The notes below the pieces were generated by a model that was given only the letters and a program-made list of their open reading frames with translations, was not told where the DNA came from and made no database searches. The translations under genes were made by a program, and so were the position numbers. This document shows, one piece after another, positions 1 through 17,133 of a DNA stretch of 64,000 bases. The DNA lies in NCBI RefSeq assembly GCF_009914755.1, contig NC_060934.1. One strand, written 5' to 3'. The number at the start of each line of letters is the position of its first letter. Within the stretch, counting starts at the first letter, position 1. Source of the DNA: the human T2T-CHM13v2.0 reference genome, Homo sapiens.

Positions 1-2214
1 TTCCTGATAGGTATACTTTTTAGTTTAGGCATTTAAAAAAAAGTCTGCAGCGTACCTTTATTTTCACTTTTACTTTGGTGTTTTGATGTCTATAGAAATG
101 AGCGGTTTCTCTACTTCTTTCCCAGAAATTTATCTCCAATGCTGACATGAGCACAAAGACCTTATGTACTGTGCTGGGAAATATCTTGTGTCTTAAGAAT
201 AAAAATTTTCATTAGAGTTAGTCCATGCATCACAGATATTATCCTTCCTGATGAGGAACACTGAGGCACAGACACTGTGTTGGGCTACAGTTCTCAATGG
301 AAAAATTAAGCTTTTCAAAATGTTAGTCACTGCCATGCTAGATGTTTAAGTCATTTTTACAACCTGTTTTGATAGATTCTAAGAATCAGTCTTACATTGT
401 ATTTTTCTATGGCTTACTGTTAAAATCTTATTCATAAAAATAACTATCATGCATGGAAATAGTATATACCAACATCATAAACCAGAAAGTAATTTATATT
501 TAACCCTCATAACAGTACTTCAAAGTAGAAATTATCTCATATTGTAGAGGAAACACAGGCTCAGATAGGATATAAATTGCCCATATCACAAAATTAGTAA
601 GTGATGGAGCTAGAATACAAACAAGATCTGCCTATTTACACAAATCAATAATTTTTCCTCTATAGCATGTTGTCATTACATGCCTTTGGTTTTTAAGTGA
701 AATGCACTCAACTTCACATTTTAAAATATGCCACAAATGTACCCACAAAGTAAGTGAACATGACTATTGAGTGGGATCACAATTATTAAAAAGTTTGCCT
801 TGGGACCTTTGAAACAAAGACAATATACTGACCCTCAGGGAACTGAGTTACATGCCCAAAGGGGACATGTGCCATCTACCTGGGCTCAATGGGGGTTTCC
901 CAGTGGATTCTTTGTAAATAGGTGTTGCACATATTTCTGGTTTTTTTTTAAGCTTTCCTTTATAATTTCCAGACCTAGTTCTGATGGTGATGAACTTCTT
1001 TCAAAACCTAACCCTAGATATGGGGTCAGCTTTAGGCAAAATTGAGAGTTGCTAGCTAACAAAAGTAGCTAATATTTTAATGAAATGTCTTATTATTAAG
1101 CTAAATGCCAAACACTATTCATTACATGTATTAATCAGTTATCACAATTTTATGAAGTAGATATGACCATCATTTTTATTTATCAGTTGAAGAAACTAAG
1201 ACTCAGAAAAGTTAAATACCTTACCCAAAGTCATGTTGCTTGTGGAGAAGTTGCAATTCATCTTGGTTATCTTGACCTAGAGTCTGCGTGCTGGATGACT
1301 ATTTTAGACTGTTACGTGTGCATGCAGAGCTCAGTGTTTGTCTGGTCCCACTCCCTCCTACCCTTCTGTCCCCTAGTGACTTCATCCTGTTCCCTACTTC
1401 TCAAGACTACTCCTCTTCTTGGACACTTTTTCATATTCCAGAACTAACCATTCTGTTTCATTTTTTTCTGCTCATCATGCAAAGTTAGCAGGGCAGCTGA
1501 AATAAAGGAATTCATACTAAAAAATGGCATGCTCAGTTTGTAAAATTTTCCAGAGTTAAATAGGTAGAGTGAAATGCGCAATTTCTTCTTTGAAGAAAAC
1601 AATGTTGAATTTTACTTAAATGAATGATAAATATAATTTTGACATGTATTTGTGATCTGTATGAGTAATATCATATCCTATCCTGCTTCACATTCTCACA
1701 CTCTTATACCATTAATGATCTCTACATCTATCCCCAATCAGCTACCACCTCTCTTCCTCAGCTGTGTTATGTCAGGTCTGAAAATTAAATTTTAAAAGTA
1801 GTTCCTAAGTTTTCAACATTCTTAAAGTTTTTTTCCTGGAAGGACATGATGAGTAACCTGACTGTCAGCAAATGCCTTAGGTATTAAGGAGAACAATCAT
1901 AATGGCAATAGCTAATATTTTTTGGCAGAGCCAAGTTTCAGTATCTCTTTGCAACTCTGTGACATCATGATCATATTAATTCTTATTACAAACCTATGAA
2001 GTGGCTATCCACTTTATTTTAATTTTATAAGGGAAAAAACAAGTCCTTAGAGAGTCTAAGTAACTTGGCTCTGGATTTGAACTTCAATCTAGCTATCTCT
2101 ATAACTTGACCTTTAAACATTATACCACCTTATATGTCAAACTTACCTTGAAAACCAACAAGTAAACCAACTAAATAAAACAATAAGAACAACCTATAAT
2201 AAAAAGCCTTCTCA

Positions 2215-2595
<381 letters not shown>

Positions 2596-2613
2596 TTAGA
2601 TCAACTGCTGTGA

Positions 2614-2982
<369 letters not shown>

Positions 2983-5900
2983 TATGTATCTTTGCTTTGG
3001 TTCCAAATATATTTTTTAAATGTTTGATACATGGGGACACATCACAGTGTATATTATCAAATTACTTTGAGTTATAAATAGAAGAGGAAAATCAAAATAG
3101 GAAAATTACAATAGCCTTAAATCTCTCAGTTGATGTTAAAAGTACTAAATTCTGGCAGCTAGGGTAAAATTAATATAATAAAAGAATAGATACAGCACTC
3201 ACTTTTTCTATACCCCCAAGTATTTTAATTATTTCTATATTTGGAAATGAATTCATAATCTATTAGTCACATTATTTGAAATTTCAAATTATAATTTTAT
3301 TTATTTCAGATAAAAGCCTCATCCTTTAAAAACATACCTTTGGGTGAATAAACAAAGCAAACTTTCTATGACTTTCATATAAACTACTTTATCATCCTAT
3401 ATTGCTCCATTGAGTTAGTGAGGTCAGGGTTTTGATAGAATGAGAATATTCATACAGTGAATTGCAGACATATTTGCAGGTTTTTAAAAATGATGTTGGC
3501 TTTGTCTAGGGCTGAGGGTGATGTTGCAGGGCAAGTGTAAAGGACAGAGTCACATAGAGACTCCTGAGAACTAGAAAGCAACCAGTGAGTCCCAGCATCT
3601 TAAGGGCAAGGAAGTGTCAACGTAGTTCCATATAAATTTAGTAAAACATAAGGCAAGCACTCAATTGTTTTCCAACACAATATGCTAATTGGAGTGGCAG
3701 AATTGTATGGTAGAAAGAACATACAAATGACAAATATATTCACAACACTGTGCCAAGTGCAATGAGAGGTACAGTGACATAAAGACATGCATTTTCAGAC
3801 CTTATAGTCGGTTTGAGGATTTAATATATTAATCATGTACAGAGATCTAAAATTTCCTTGAGTACGTATTATGCATGCCGAATGGTAGGAAATGTGTGTT
3901 AAGTTTTTTTTTTTTCTGGATTCTCTCAAATAAAACTGACCTCATAGCTCTGAGTTAAGTAATTTTATATTTACCACATAAGAAAATTGGAGTACAAATG
4001 AGGAAATCGAGGTACAGACAGATTAAGCAACTCGTCTAAGACTATACAGCTGCTACACAGAGCATCTGGGATTCAAACCTAGGAATGAGTGAAGAATTTT
4101 ATTACTAATCACATAAGTAAATACATACGTCTAAGCTAGTCATATATTCTTTGTTGGTTCTATGACCCAATATTGCAGAAAATAATTATAGAATTAGATT
4201 TTCTATTTGAGTACAAAATTTACTTCATAAAATTATAATTCTGTTGCTTAAATATTGAATGTATAGTATGAATTATTATCTAATAGTAGTATCTATTTTA
4301 ATGTCACATATTGGTAAATATTGCCTTAATAATGATTATGAGTCAGGAACTGTTCTTAGTACATGTTATATCAATGAATCTTTTCAAATAGTTAATGTGG
4401 TAAGTGTAGACCAAATCAACCAATAATTAGCTAAGCCTCAGAGGATTTGAGTACTGTATCTATATTTACATGGCCAGTGAGTAGAGAGGTTGTCTTAATT
4501 CCAGTGATGTGACAGCAGTGATCTCATTTGTGTGTATGATTCCAGAATCACTGTGAGAGAATGTGAACCCATATTTAGACAATGTATAGTTCCCAGCAAC
4601 AACTAGAGTCTTATCTTGCTCTGGGAGTGCAGAAAATACATTATGATAACTTGGTAATATTGTAATGTGAAAAGCGTAAAGAGAATAACTCACAAGAAAA
4701 ACATTAAGAAGTTTTCTGAAGCACACTTCTGTTGTGGCTTCCAGATTAATGTGCTTTCAAATTCTAAGCAGTGTTTTCCACAGACAGATTTTCTGTGTAA
4801 GCAGAAATTGGCTTAATTTAAGGAGATACAAAGGATGGTACAGTATTTTGTGTTTACTACAGAGGTTGGCTGCCATTTGTTAGTGCAGTAAAATTTTGTA
4901 AAGCTGCTCCTCATGAGATTCTTTGAAATTCATTTATAACAACGAGACTGGATACTTAACATCTGCTGCAAATGTTTTCTAGGAGACTTAGTTACTCCTG
5001 TTCCCTACTTTCTGTAGTTTATTTCCATTCTATGATTGTTTATCTTTTGAAATAATTTCAACAATTGACTCTGTTTAATTTGTCTGGTTCTGAGAAAACA
5101 TTAGCTAGATGACAAATTTAACAGTTTAATCCAACAGGCCTTGAGTGGTATATATCGGCATGTGTTACCAAAGGAGTCAAGAAATTAACTCCAGCTCTTA
5201 AACATTGAAAAAAGAAAAAGAAGGTAGGGGAGGGAATCTTGATAGCCACTTTGGTAATGACGCAAAGTGAGAGAAAATACCATCCTGGAGCTCAACGGTG
5301 AGCACACTTAATGGCAAAAGAAGTGAGAACTGACCATCTGCTCATCCACATGGTGAGATATGGACAAATACCTCTTCTTGAGAATGAATGAGTGGCTATA
5401 TGAATGAATAGGTGAATGAGCAAATGAAGGCCTATCTGTGAATAACCAAACTGGAAACCCACAGTCAGTTTACAAGCCTCTTGAGGATATGATCATAACT
5501 TGAATATCTCACTGAGAGCTAACCCTTTATATGAACTTAGCTCATTTACTTTTGCATTTGTTGTTGAAGGTCCTTCATACCCTGCTCAAAGGCTGAATTC
5601 TTAAAAATATACTACCACCATTAAAAAAGAACAAAAGAAAATTTTTGGAGGTGAATAAGTATGTTCAGTACCTTGGTTGTGATGATGGTATTGGTGTATG
5701 CACACATGTCCAAACTCATCCAAGTGAATATATTAAAGGTGTACAATTTTTTATATCAATTATGCCTCAGTAAAACTTCTAAAAAATGATTTAAATCTAA
5801 ACAGCAACAGCAACAAAACACTTAGGAAACAATATAAATTTCTGTCCCTGTTCTAAATGTTAACTTTAAAGGTTTGATTAGGAATTTATTTTTTAGTGCA

Positions 5901-8279
5901 GAAACATGCTTTTCTTTTTCAAAACACAAACATTATAATACAGAGCTAGTTAAAATCTACACATTTCCCTTATAAAGGCAGAGGCCCTCATGCAACCATC
6001 ATCTTTAGAAATAGAAGTCCCTGTAAAACCACAATGTGTAGCTTTTTGACTGTTTATGCATTAACAGCATTTTTTGTTTTTAGCCTTGGAAATACATCAG
6101 AAATAGATCTCCTGACTGTGTTTGCATGGGTCCCTTAGAAATGACTTAAATATAAGCAAACCATATTACTTAAACAATGTTAAGCTACGCTATAGCACTG
6201 TATTACTGCTTTGAGAAATTCATGTAGTTCAACTGAGTATTGTAGCAGTAATTCATGTTCATACAAAAATCAATCAAAGGTTTTGACAAGATTGAGGCAC
6301 GTAAGGAAATGAAGGTCAGGCATTGTATTGCAAGTTCCTTATTCTAAATTGTAGTTCTTACAAATAGGCTTCTGAGGTCCCATAGCTTTAGCAGGCCTCT
6401 TACATATGCCTTCATTGTCTGTTCTTTCCATGACATTTAGACATTTATTTCTTTCTCCCTCCCATTGTGTCCAAGTCCCTCACACTGTTGAACTTGTGCC
6501 TCTCTCGCCTCTTCCTTCTGTCTCTCTTTTTAATACCTTGATGCAGCAGCAATGGATGGTGGGATGCATTTTATTCAGCTCTCAAGGCAGTCAGAGTTCC
6601 ACTTGAGTTTCTGTAGCATCTGTTATAACAAGGTTAAAATTACAGAAAGTACACGATTTTATTCCCTTTAGCTGAAGGACAACAAAGGTGGATTTTCATG
6701 TTTCCTTGTAAAGTGCTGCTTCCGAGAAAGCACATTTTGGTATCCACTAATCCCAAGTAAAGTGACTTGGTTTCTAATGTTGGTTTTGCCATTAGCCTTT
6801 GTTAGGTTATTTATTTTCTTTAAGCCCATCAACCCTTCAGTTAGTCTCCATTCTGCCTATTTGTTGTTGAAATTTAAAAGGCCTCCTAGTAGCTCCAATA
6901 GTTATAGTATAATAGAAACAAGCAAATACTCTTTTAAAAAAATTATATAAGGGTAAAAACACTTGGATTCAAAAGTGAGTTTGGACAATATCTACCAAGT
7001 GGTAATCAGATAGACTTTTAAACTAAAAATACACCACAAGACTATTGCACACTCCTACTAAGGTCCCAAGGATTATTGAAAAGTAGAAAGAAAAAAAATA
7101 GTGGGAACTTCTTTTAGTTAAAATGTACATCTTATCAGGATTACCATAATAATAGTAATTGTGAGCTTTAGTTTGAATTTCTTTTCTGGAAATATGAAGT
7201 CTTAGGGAATTGTGATATAAATCCCAAGGCTAAAATAGGTGTCCAGTGATCATTCTGATTTTTATTTGATAATAGTCTTCCTCAATAGACTATTATAAAA
7301 TGGAAGGAGCAAGTTGGAAAACTTAAGAAAACTCCGCAGAGCAGGCATTTCTAATTAGGAAGCTATAGGAGAAAAGGCTTATGACTATCCAAAGCACTTA
7401 GGCATCTGATGTATTATATGGAATGTCTTTCTCTTTTCCCTCAGTTATCAAAGAGAGAACAAGTTTAATGGTATTAAAACAAGAAAAAATGGTCTTAGTT
7501 GGATTAAATAGGCCTTCAAAGGGCTCTTTGACAGATACACTCATGAAATTATGACACAACTCTGCAAACTTAATCTATGTGAAATAGAAAACACGTAGAA
7601 GACACAAAATTCTAAGGGAAACTCAAGGATTTTCTAACATTGCTTTACGTAACTGCTTCTTTTTTCCAAACTTTACCTTCTCTAACGACAAGCCATGATA
7701 TAACAGTGTCAAAGGCTAGACAGTCCAATGGCAAGAATGCTGACAAAGGTAGTTGTATAAGAAAGAATGAGTCATATTTTGAATGACAAAATGGTTAACA
7801 CCTTCTTTCTTGCTTTTTTATATTGGCAATTTTTTGTATGTTTTAGAGGAATTGCGGATTAGAAGGTTATTTATGAGAGAAAGACTTGTAAGAGTATAGG
7901 TAAATTTAACTTAATTCATTAAATAGTTATTGAATCTGCAAAACATTGTGGAGGATATAGAAAATTGTTACAGTATGAATCTTATCCTCAAGGTGCATAA
8001 TCTTCACCCAATATGAAGTTTAAGAGACTACCAAAAAACAGTCTTCTTGTTAGAACAGGTTTTTTATAATGGATTTTGCTCCTAAATCCAACGTAATAAT
8101 GGCAGATTTAGAAACTGAGATAAAAATGTGAAATAAGACTTAGAACTTATTTGATACAAAACTTTACTGGGCAAATCTATTGACAGCAGATATTATGCAG
8201 AATTTAAATTCCCCTACCTCAGCTGGAAAGTAGTTAAGGTCTCATTATTATCTTATGCTCATGCAATCCAGTGCGTTTT

Positions 8280-8699
8280 CAGTTAACCCTTGAACAACAC
8301 AGTGGTTAGGGTGCTGACCTCTATGAAGTCAAAAATCACTGTATCACTTTTGACTTTAACTGCTGGTAATATAATAATAGCCTACTGTTGATCAGAAGCC
8401 TTTCCAATAACATATACAATTAACATATGTCATGCATGTTATATGTATTATACACTGCATTCTCACAATAAAGAAAGTGAGAGAAAATGTTATTAAGAGA
8501 ATTACAAGATCTTCACTATTCACTGAGTGGAAACGGATCATCATAAAGGTCTTCATCCTCATCATCTTCATGTTGAGTAGGCTGAGGCACAAGAAGAGGA
8601 GGGATTGATCTTGCTGTCTCAGGGATGGCAGAGGCAGAAGAAAATCCTTGTATCTGTGAACCCATGCAGTTCAAACCTATATGGTTCAAAGGTAAACCG
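8280..8699 (-). mobile_element. Tigger2/MER28-like DNA transposon (TcMar-Tigger)
   Basis: Terminal inverted repeats cagttaacccttgaacaacac.. / ..ggttcaaaggtaaaccg followed by TA; acidic transposase-tail remnant EDDEDEDLYDDP on minus. Confidence 0.8.
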
Positions 8700-8832
8700 T
8701 ATATGGAAATTATAGAGGGGGAACACAATTAAATTAACTAACTTAATATTTAAGTAAATAATTTAGAGACACAAAACCAAGAAGAGGGTAATACACAAAT
8801 CTACACAAATGAAGAATTGTTTGGAGTGTGGG

Positions 8833-8875
8833 GTGTGTGTGTGTGTGTGTGTATGTGTGTGTGTGTGTGTGTGTG
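8833..8875. repeat. (TG)n microsatellite, one interruption
   Basis: Seen directly. Confidence 0.95.
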
Positions 8876-9339
8876 ACAGAGGGAGAAAGAAAGAGATTAC
8901 ATGAAAATGGAAATGTGGATCTTTTCATAGTAATACAGAGGTTAAAATGTCCAAAAATAAATTTGCTAACTTCTGAGTAAACTGAAATGCACATATGAAA
9001 GCTTTGTAATTCATCCATGAACTTATAAGCACACATATACATACACTCCCCTCCACACACCACACACACATTTATGCACTTGTAGAGACACAGATAAATA
9101 GGCAGATAGATACAGACCACTTCTGTAGTAGTTAAAATCATTACCAATAGTAAAATATGAAAAAATTGTATGGTGAGAAGAAGAAGATATTTAATTAAAT
9201 TAATTATTATTAGAAATATATAGAGAGAAGCAGTAATGAGAGCATGTAACTACCAGAATAAAAGTTGCTTCAGTTTCTAAATTTCAAATCCCAAACTCTA
9301 TGTTTCCCAGAAGGCTAACCCTTGAGTGCCAAATAGTAT

Positions 9340-10480
9340 CATCTTAGAAATGACATACCATCACTACTGGCATATTCTACTGGTCATATAGATGAACCCT
9401 GGTACACTGCGGGAGGCAACTATACCAGTGCATGAATACCAGGAGGTAATGTCCATTGGGGTCCTTCTTAGAGGCCGGTTACTGTAGACTGCTCTCTGGC
9501 TCCAAGTAATGCACACACCTCACTAATTGTATCCTAAGTCTACCAAAGCTTCATCTCATCACAGCATTAGTTTGAAGTCTAGAATCTTGTCATTTAAATC
9601 AGGTCTAGCTGCAAATACAACTCCTTGAGTACAGTTTGTCTTGATTTGAAGACCTTTGAAACTAAAGAAACAACTTACCTATCTTTCACACATCTATCAT
9701 AAAATGATGAGACAGGCATAGAATAATCATCATAGGCACTCGGACTTAATAGAGGAAAAAGGGAGACATACAGAAGTCAGCAGTCAATGAGAGTTCTGAA
9801 ATCTAGCTGGGAAAATGTTAATTTTTTCTTTTTTTTTTGAGGGGAATTTAATCCTATTCCTACCAATCAATGGCTATTTCTTGATTCCACCATCTGGTCT
9901 CAGTCCTATCCTTTGAAATAGCCTACTTTTTCATAAAAGTTAGAACATATTTAACTCTGAGTAGTTTACTCAGCCTGCTATCTGCTTAAAGAAACTTGGG
10001 TGGCCCACTTTAAAATGAATCTGGCTTATTCAGTTTAAATTATCAATATTTTTACATATGTAATTTACCTTCAAATTTTTGTAGGTTTACTATGAATCTT
10101 ACTAAGATTCACTCATACACAAAGGGTAACTCAGTAATATTTTCAGAAACATGCCCTTCTCTTTCTTGAACTTTTGTTGAGGAGGCTGCAGAGCAATGCT
10201 GTGAGCTTCCTGCAGGTTCCATTGTTCGATTGAGTTATCTGTATATCATATACTTTATATTTTAGAGGACCGTATGTCTAACTAAATGGCATTCCAAAGC
10301 ACAACCTTTGATCTTCCTGCAACATATGGAAAATTTTACAGTTATCTTTTTGGCTACAATTTTGGACCATACTTTCCTGGCAGTGCCCTGGATTCTATCT
10401 TTGCTTGAAAGCTATTTATTCATTTCAGCATCATTTGCCATCTGGTGAGTCTCAGAATTTTCAAAGCCATTATATCCATT
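9340..10480 (-). mobile_element. MaLR (MLT1-type) LTR end plus internal remnant
   Basis: ..gaataccaggagg..ttggggtccttcttagaggccggttac MLT1-like terminus followed by diverged internal-like sequence; boundaries approximate. Confidence 0.5.
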
Positions 10481-10817
10481 ATTTTTAAGTTAATATAATT
10501 TATTTATTTATAAAAACAAAGGGAACATATATGCAAAAATAGAACCTTTTGAACTCTACAGAATGTTTTAATCAAAACTAGGTTAACAAGTAATTGTTGA
10601 GCATCACTTTTATGTTATGCAATCTATTCTGTGATGTAAAAAGAGATACAAAGTACTTACTCCCATAGTGATTGCATTATATTTGATGTAGACAATAAGT
10701 AAATTTGTATTTTTTGGATTTTAGCAAGTACATTCAATAAACAAATCGGGGGCAATAAGAGTACTGACTGGTAGTCTCTGTTTCAGCTAAGATAGTCAGG
10801 GAATGAACATGATGATT

Positions 10818-13030
10818 GTATTAGTCAAGGTTATCTAGAGGAACAGAAAAAAATGTGTATTTATACACATCCATGTATATTCAAAGTAGGCAGCCCTCAT
10901 CCACTCAAGGACTTTGCTTCCTCTTCTAGGGAAGGGGTTAGTGCATTTTTGGTTGCCACAGGATAGTTGTATCACATCAGGCAGAATTATGACCTTGCTA
11001 TTTTCTTTAATTGACAATTAAGTATGGTTTTAGGAGACACATGGCTGCCAGGTTGACAGGGGATGAACTTATAATAGCTAATTTTATGTGTTGATTTGAC
11101 TAGGCTATGGGTACCCAGATATGCTGACAAATGATATTAAGTGTATCTGCAAGGATGTTCTAGATAAGATTAATATTTAAATTCATGGAGTGAGGAAAGC
11201 AGATTGTTCTCTCTAGTGTAGGTAGCCCTTTCCAATCAATTGAAGAGGTGAATAGCACAAATAAAGTTGATTAAGAGAGGATTCCTTTTCAATGTTTCAA
11301 ATAGAAACATTGTCTTTTTTGGGTATTGAGCCTGCCAGCTTTTGGACTGAATCTTACTCTACCAGCTCTCCTGGTTCTCATGCCTTTGGACTCAAACTGG
11401 AACTACATTTAATCTCTCCTGTGTCTCCAGCTTGCCAACTACAGATATTGAGACTTCTCAGCCTCTATAAGGATGGTGTGAGCCAATTTCTTATCCTTTC
11501 TTGCTCATCGTATGTTTCTCTAGATAACATTGAGTAATAGAGTCATCATGTCCATTCCATGACTATCTTAGCTGTGTATACTGCTCTCAATATTGAGAGA
11601 GAGAGAGAGAGGGAGAGAGAGAGAAAGAGAGATTACAAGAAATTGGCTCACATATTATGGAGGCTGATAAGTTTCAATATCTGCAATTGGCAAGCTGGAG
11701 ACACAGAAAAGCTGAAATTTAGTTCTAGTTTGAGTCCAAAGGCATGAGAACCAGACCTGATAGTGTAAGCTTCAGTCCAAAGGCTGGCAAGCTCAATACC
11801 CGAGAAAATCCATGTTTCCATTTGAATATAAAAGCAAGAAAAGACCAATGGCCCAGCTCAGGAAGCCAGGCAAGAGGAGTCCTCCCTTAATCAACCGTTT
11901 TGTGCTATTCAGGTCTTCAATTGACTGGATAAGGCCTACCTACTTTAGAGAGAACAATCTGCTTTACTCACTCTATGAACTTAAATATCAATCTCATCTA
12001 GAACATCCTTGCAGATACACTCAATAGTATTTGTTTCCATATCTGAGCACTCCATGGCCTAGTCAAGCCAACACATAAAACTAGCTATTATAAGTTTATT
12101 CTGTGTCAATGTGGCACCTATATGTATCTTTTAAAACCATATTTAATTTTCAAATAAACACAATAGCAAGGTCATAATTCTGCCTGACAGGATACAACTA
12201 TCCTGTATACACCAAAAATTGCACTAATCCCTTCCCAGAAAGAGGAAGCAAAGTCATTGAGTAATGTTTACTCTTCTTGATATCCCCTAACTTAAATACT
12301 ATGATGTAAAATTAGGATTACGTAAATACTATGAAACAAATTCAGTACATCTCATATTATATGATAAAGTCATGAAAACAGGAAGCAACCATCTTGCTAC
12401 TGAGTCACTACAGGTAAGTAATAGTGAACTCTGTCACTCTCATTTACACTCCTTCATTCCTGGAGCCATGAATTCTGCTATGGTAAAAACAGCACCATAT
12501 ATTGAATGCTGATTCAGAGCGTATACAGCCTTCTGGAGAATTTGTCCCAATTCTGCAAGACATTGCCACCTAGCTGGTGCTGCAGCAGAGTTTTTAACAG
12601 GCTATTCCACCATTCTATCAATCCAATTGCTTCAGAGTCATGCGGAACATGGTAAGACCATTGGATCATAAGCGTGGGCCCATTGCTGACATCTATTGCT
12701 AGGAAGTGACTTATTTGATCACACGCAATGGTGTGTGATACACTGTGATAGTGTATAAGGCATTCGTAAGTCTCTTATGGTAGTTTGGGAAGAGGCACTG
12801 CATGCAGGGAAGGCAATCCGTATTCAAAGTAAGTGTCTATTCCTATAAGAACAAAATGCTGCTACTTCCATGATGAAATTCATACCATGTAATCAGCCTG
12901 CCCCCAGGCAGCCAGCCGATTACTCCAGGGAATGTCACCATATCAGGGGCTCAATATTGTCCTCTGCTACTGGTAGACTGAGCAATCAAGTCAGGCTTGG
13001 TGAGTGGAAGTTCATATTGTTCAATATATT
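10818..13030. mobile_element. ERVL/MLT2 cluster: minus-strand LTR plus internal region, interrupted by a plus-strand internal-3'-end plus LTR fragment (~10880-11540)
   Basis: MLT2 termini tgtattagtcaaggtt..gaacagaa and gctaattttatgtg..gactaggc; (GA)n 11596-11631; ERVL pol/3' remnants at 12090-13030. Confidence 0.75.
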
Positions 13031-13034
13031 TTAA

Positions 13035-14400
13035 CACAGTTAGGCACACCAGCTGCTGCAGCTGGGACAGGCAGCTCCAGGTGCCAGCATGAGTGCTAGC
13101 TCACTATAAGGCTTTGGCTGGACCAGACACACCACAAGCAGCTTCCATGGCTGTTACAAGGGAACACAGTTGTACCTGGAAGCTTGCAGACTCCAGGAAC
13201 CACAGGGTCCCATAGCGGGAGTCACAGCTCTGGCCTGGGGAGCTCCCAGGTCTGGGTTCCCATAGAGCCACAGCTCTTTTTTTCTTCTCTCTTCTTGTCA
13301 TCCACAACATGGTGAGCAAGGGGCATGTTTCAACCTTGTTTGTGTTACAGCATTTTTAGTCCTGTCATTTGGCAAGTCCCAAGTTCTTGTGCTACCTCCA
13401 GGAAGAATGAGGTATATAGACAAGTGGAGAGTGAGCAAAGAGGAGCTATATTGAGTGACAGAATAACTCAGAGGATGTCCTGGAGTGGGCACCTCCATTC
13501 TGCAGCTGGGCATCCCAATATCTGCATCTCTCAGAAGAGATGAGGCCCTGGAGTGGGTAGCTGCTCTCTGTAGCTGGTTGTCCCTATGTCTGCTCAGTTC
13601 TGACTGAGCCTGGGGCTTTTATAGGTCTCAGAAAGGAAGAAATGCACACTGATCGGTCCATGAGAGGCCATGGATGGCCCCAGAAAAGGCATCACAAGTT
13701 TACACTCTGGTTCACGGGACTGGCAGCCCAGACCCCAGCCTTCACACCCATCCTGGCCTGAAGGAAAGGCCTCACCAAGGACCCACCCCCTTCTGTGCAG
13801 GAGCCTGTCTGCCTCCTGCTGCCATTCATGGCACCCAGGCTATTTGTGCCAAAGGATGCCTGCAGGCCAGTGCCAAGCTGCCCTCAGCATCTCCTCAGCT
13901 TCCCTCCCATGCTTGTCAGTGCCCAAAGCCTGGGCAGGGGCCAGAGACAGTATGGTACTGGTGTATCAGCACTGCCTCAAGCATGTGCACACCCACCAGG
14001 CTGCAACAGCACCTGAGCCTACCCACAACCTTGCTCCAAGATCAGAGCAGATGTCAAGAGTGGGGAGGAGCCAGGCAATGGGAGCAGAAGATACCTCCAA
14101 GTCTGCAAGGGCCTGGGGTTTTTTCCTGTGCCCCCAAGAGTGTAGAGATGCCTGACTCTGCAGCCGTGGCTTGGGCATCTGTAGTTGCATCTTGAAGGAC
14201 AGGTGTCCTGTGTGCTCCATGGAATGGGAGGCCCAGATCTGCAGCCACTACTTGGGCTGCTGCAACTGTTCCCAGGAAGCTCTAACTCCACCAACTCAGA
14301 AGGGGCATGTTTCCCACTTGTATCCAGCTCTTTACCATGTTTCACCGCTGTAGCTGATGTGACGGCAGTGGCTGCTCCAGATGGGGTGCCACTGCCATCT
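13035..14400 (-). mobile_element. MER52-family LTR (ERV1), 3'-truncated
   Basis: GC-rich 1.4-kb island; reverse complement starts gatggcagtggcaccccatctggagcagccactgcc, the MER52 5' end. Confidence 0.8.
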
Positions 14401-16392
<1,992 letters not shown>

Positions 16393-16764
16393 TGTTAAAT
16401 CAAGTTTAGCCTAAAGCTGCCTCCTTACATATTAAAGTTCAACCTAAAGGTTTTTCTATACATCGTGAACTATAACAAGTGAAGTTGTAAACCAACTGTA
16501 GCCCACATCTGTACCAATCACTGAGTCTTGGCCAAATGTAGCTAACAGTTCCAACCATGTTCAAATAAGGCAAAGACCCAGCTGCAACCAATCCAGTTGT
16601 TTCTGTACCTCACTTTCCTTTTGCTGTCCGTAAATCTTCTTCCACCACGTGGCTGCGCTACAGTCTCTCTAAATGTGCTGTAATTCTGGGTGCTGCCTGA
16701 TTCTCCCATCATTCATTGCTCATACTACTTTACATTTAATTTGGTTGAAATTTTTCTCTTAACG
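16393..16764 (+). mobile_element. MER57-family 3' LTR
   Basis: tgttaaatcaagtttagcctaaagctgcctccttacatat.. to ..tttttctcttaac, preceded by the PPT. Confidence 0.85.
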
Positions 16765-16929
16765 ACAATCATAGAATCAGTGTAACAATCTGTCTTGAAA
16801 AGTAGTAAAGTGTGTTACTTCTATAGGAGAAAACAAGACATCTGTAATGATAAGCCAGAATGGTCACTGCAAACAGCAAGATGTATATTTAACTCAGCCT
16901 ATTCTTTGTGTAAAATATATATATATATA

Positions 16930-17133
16930 AAATTTAAAGTAGTTTGAGCAATGAACGATGGGAGAATCAGGCAGCGCCCAGAATTACAGGAGATTTAGAG
17001 AGACTGTAGCGCAGCCACGTGGTGGAAGAAGATTTATGGACAGCAAAAGGAAAGTGAGGTACAGAAACAACTGGATTGGTTGCAGCTGGGCCTTTGCCTT
17101 ATTTGAACATTGTTGGAACTGTTAGCTACATTT
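16930..17133 (-). repeat. Inverted duplicate of 16534-16737
   Basis: 204-nt reverse complement, 9 mismatches counted by hand, no indels. Confidence 0.95.

Noticed and set aside
8392-8728. Acidic ORF ..EDDEDEDLYDDP
   Set aside because: Tail of a Tigger-family transposon
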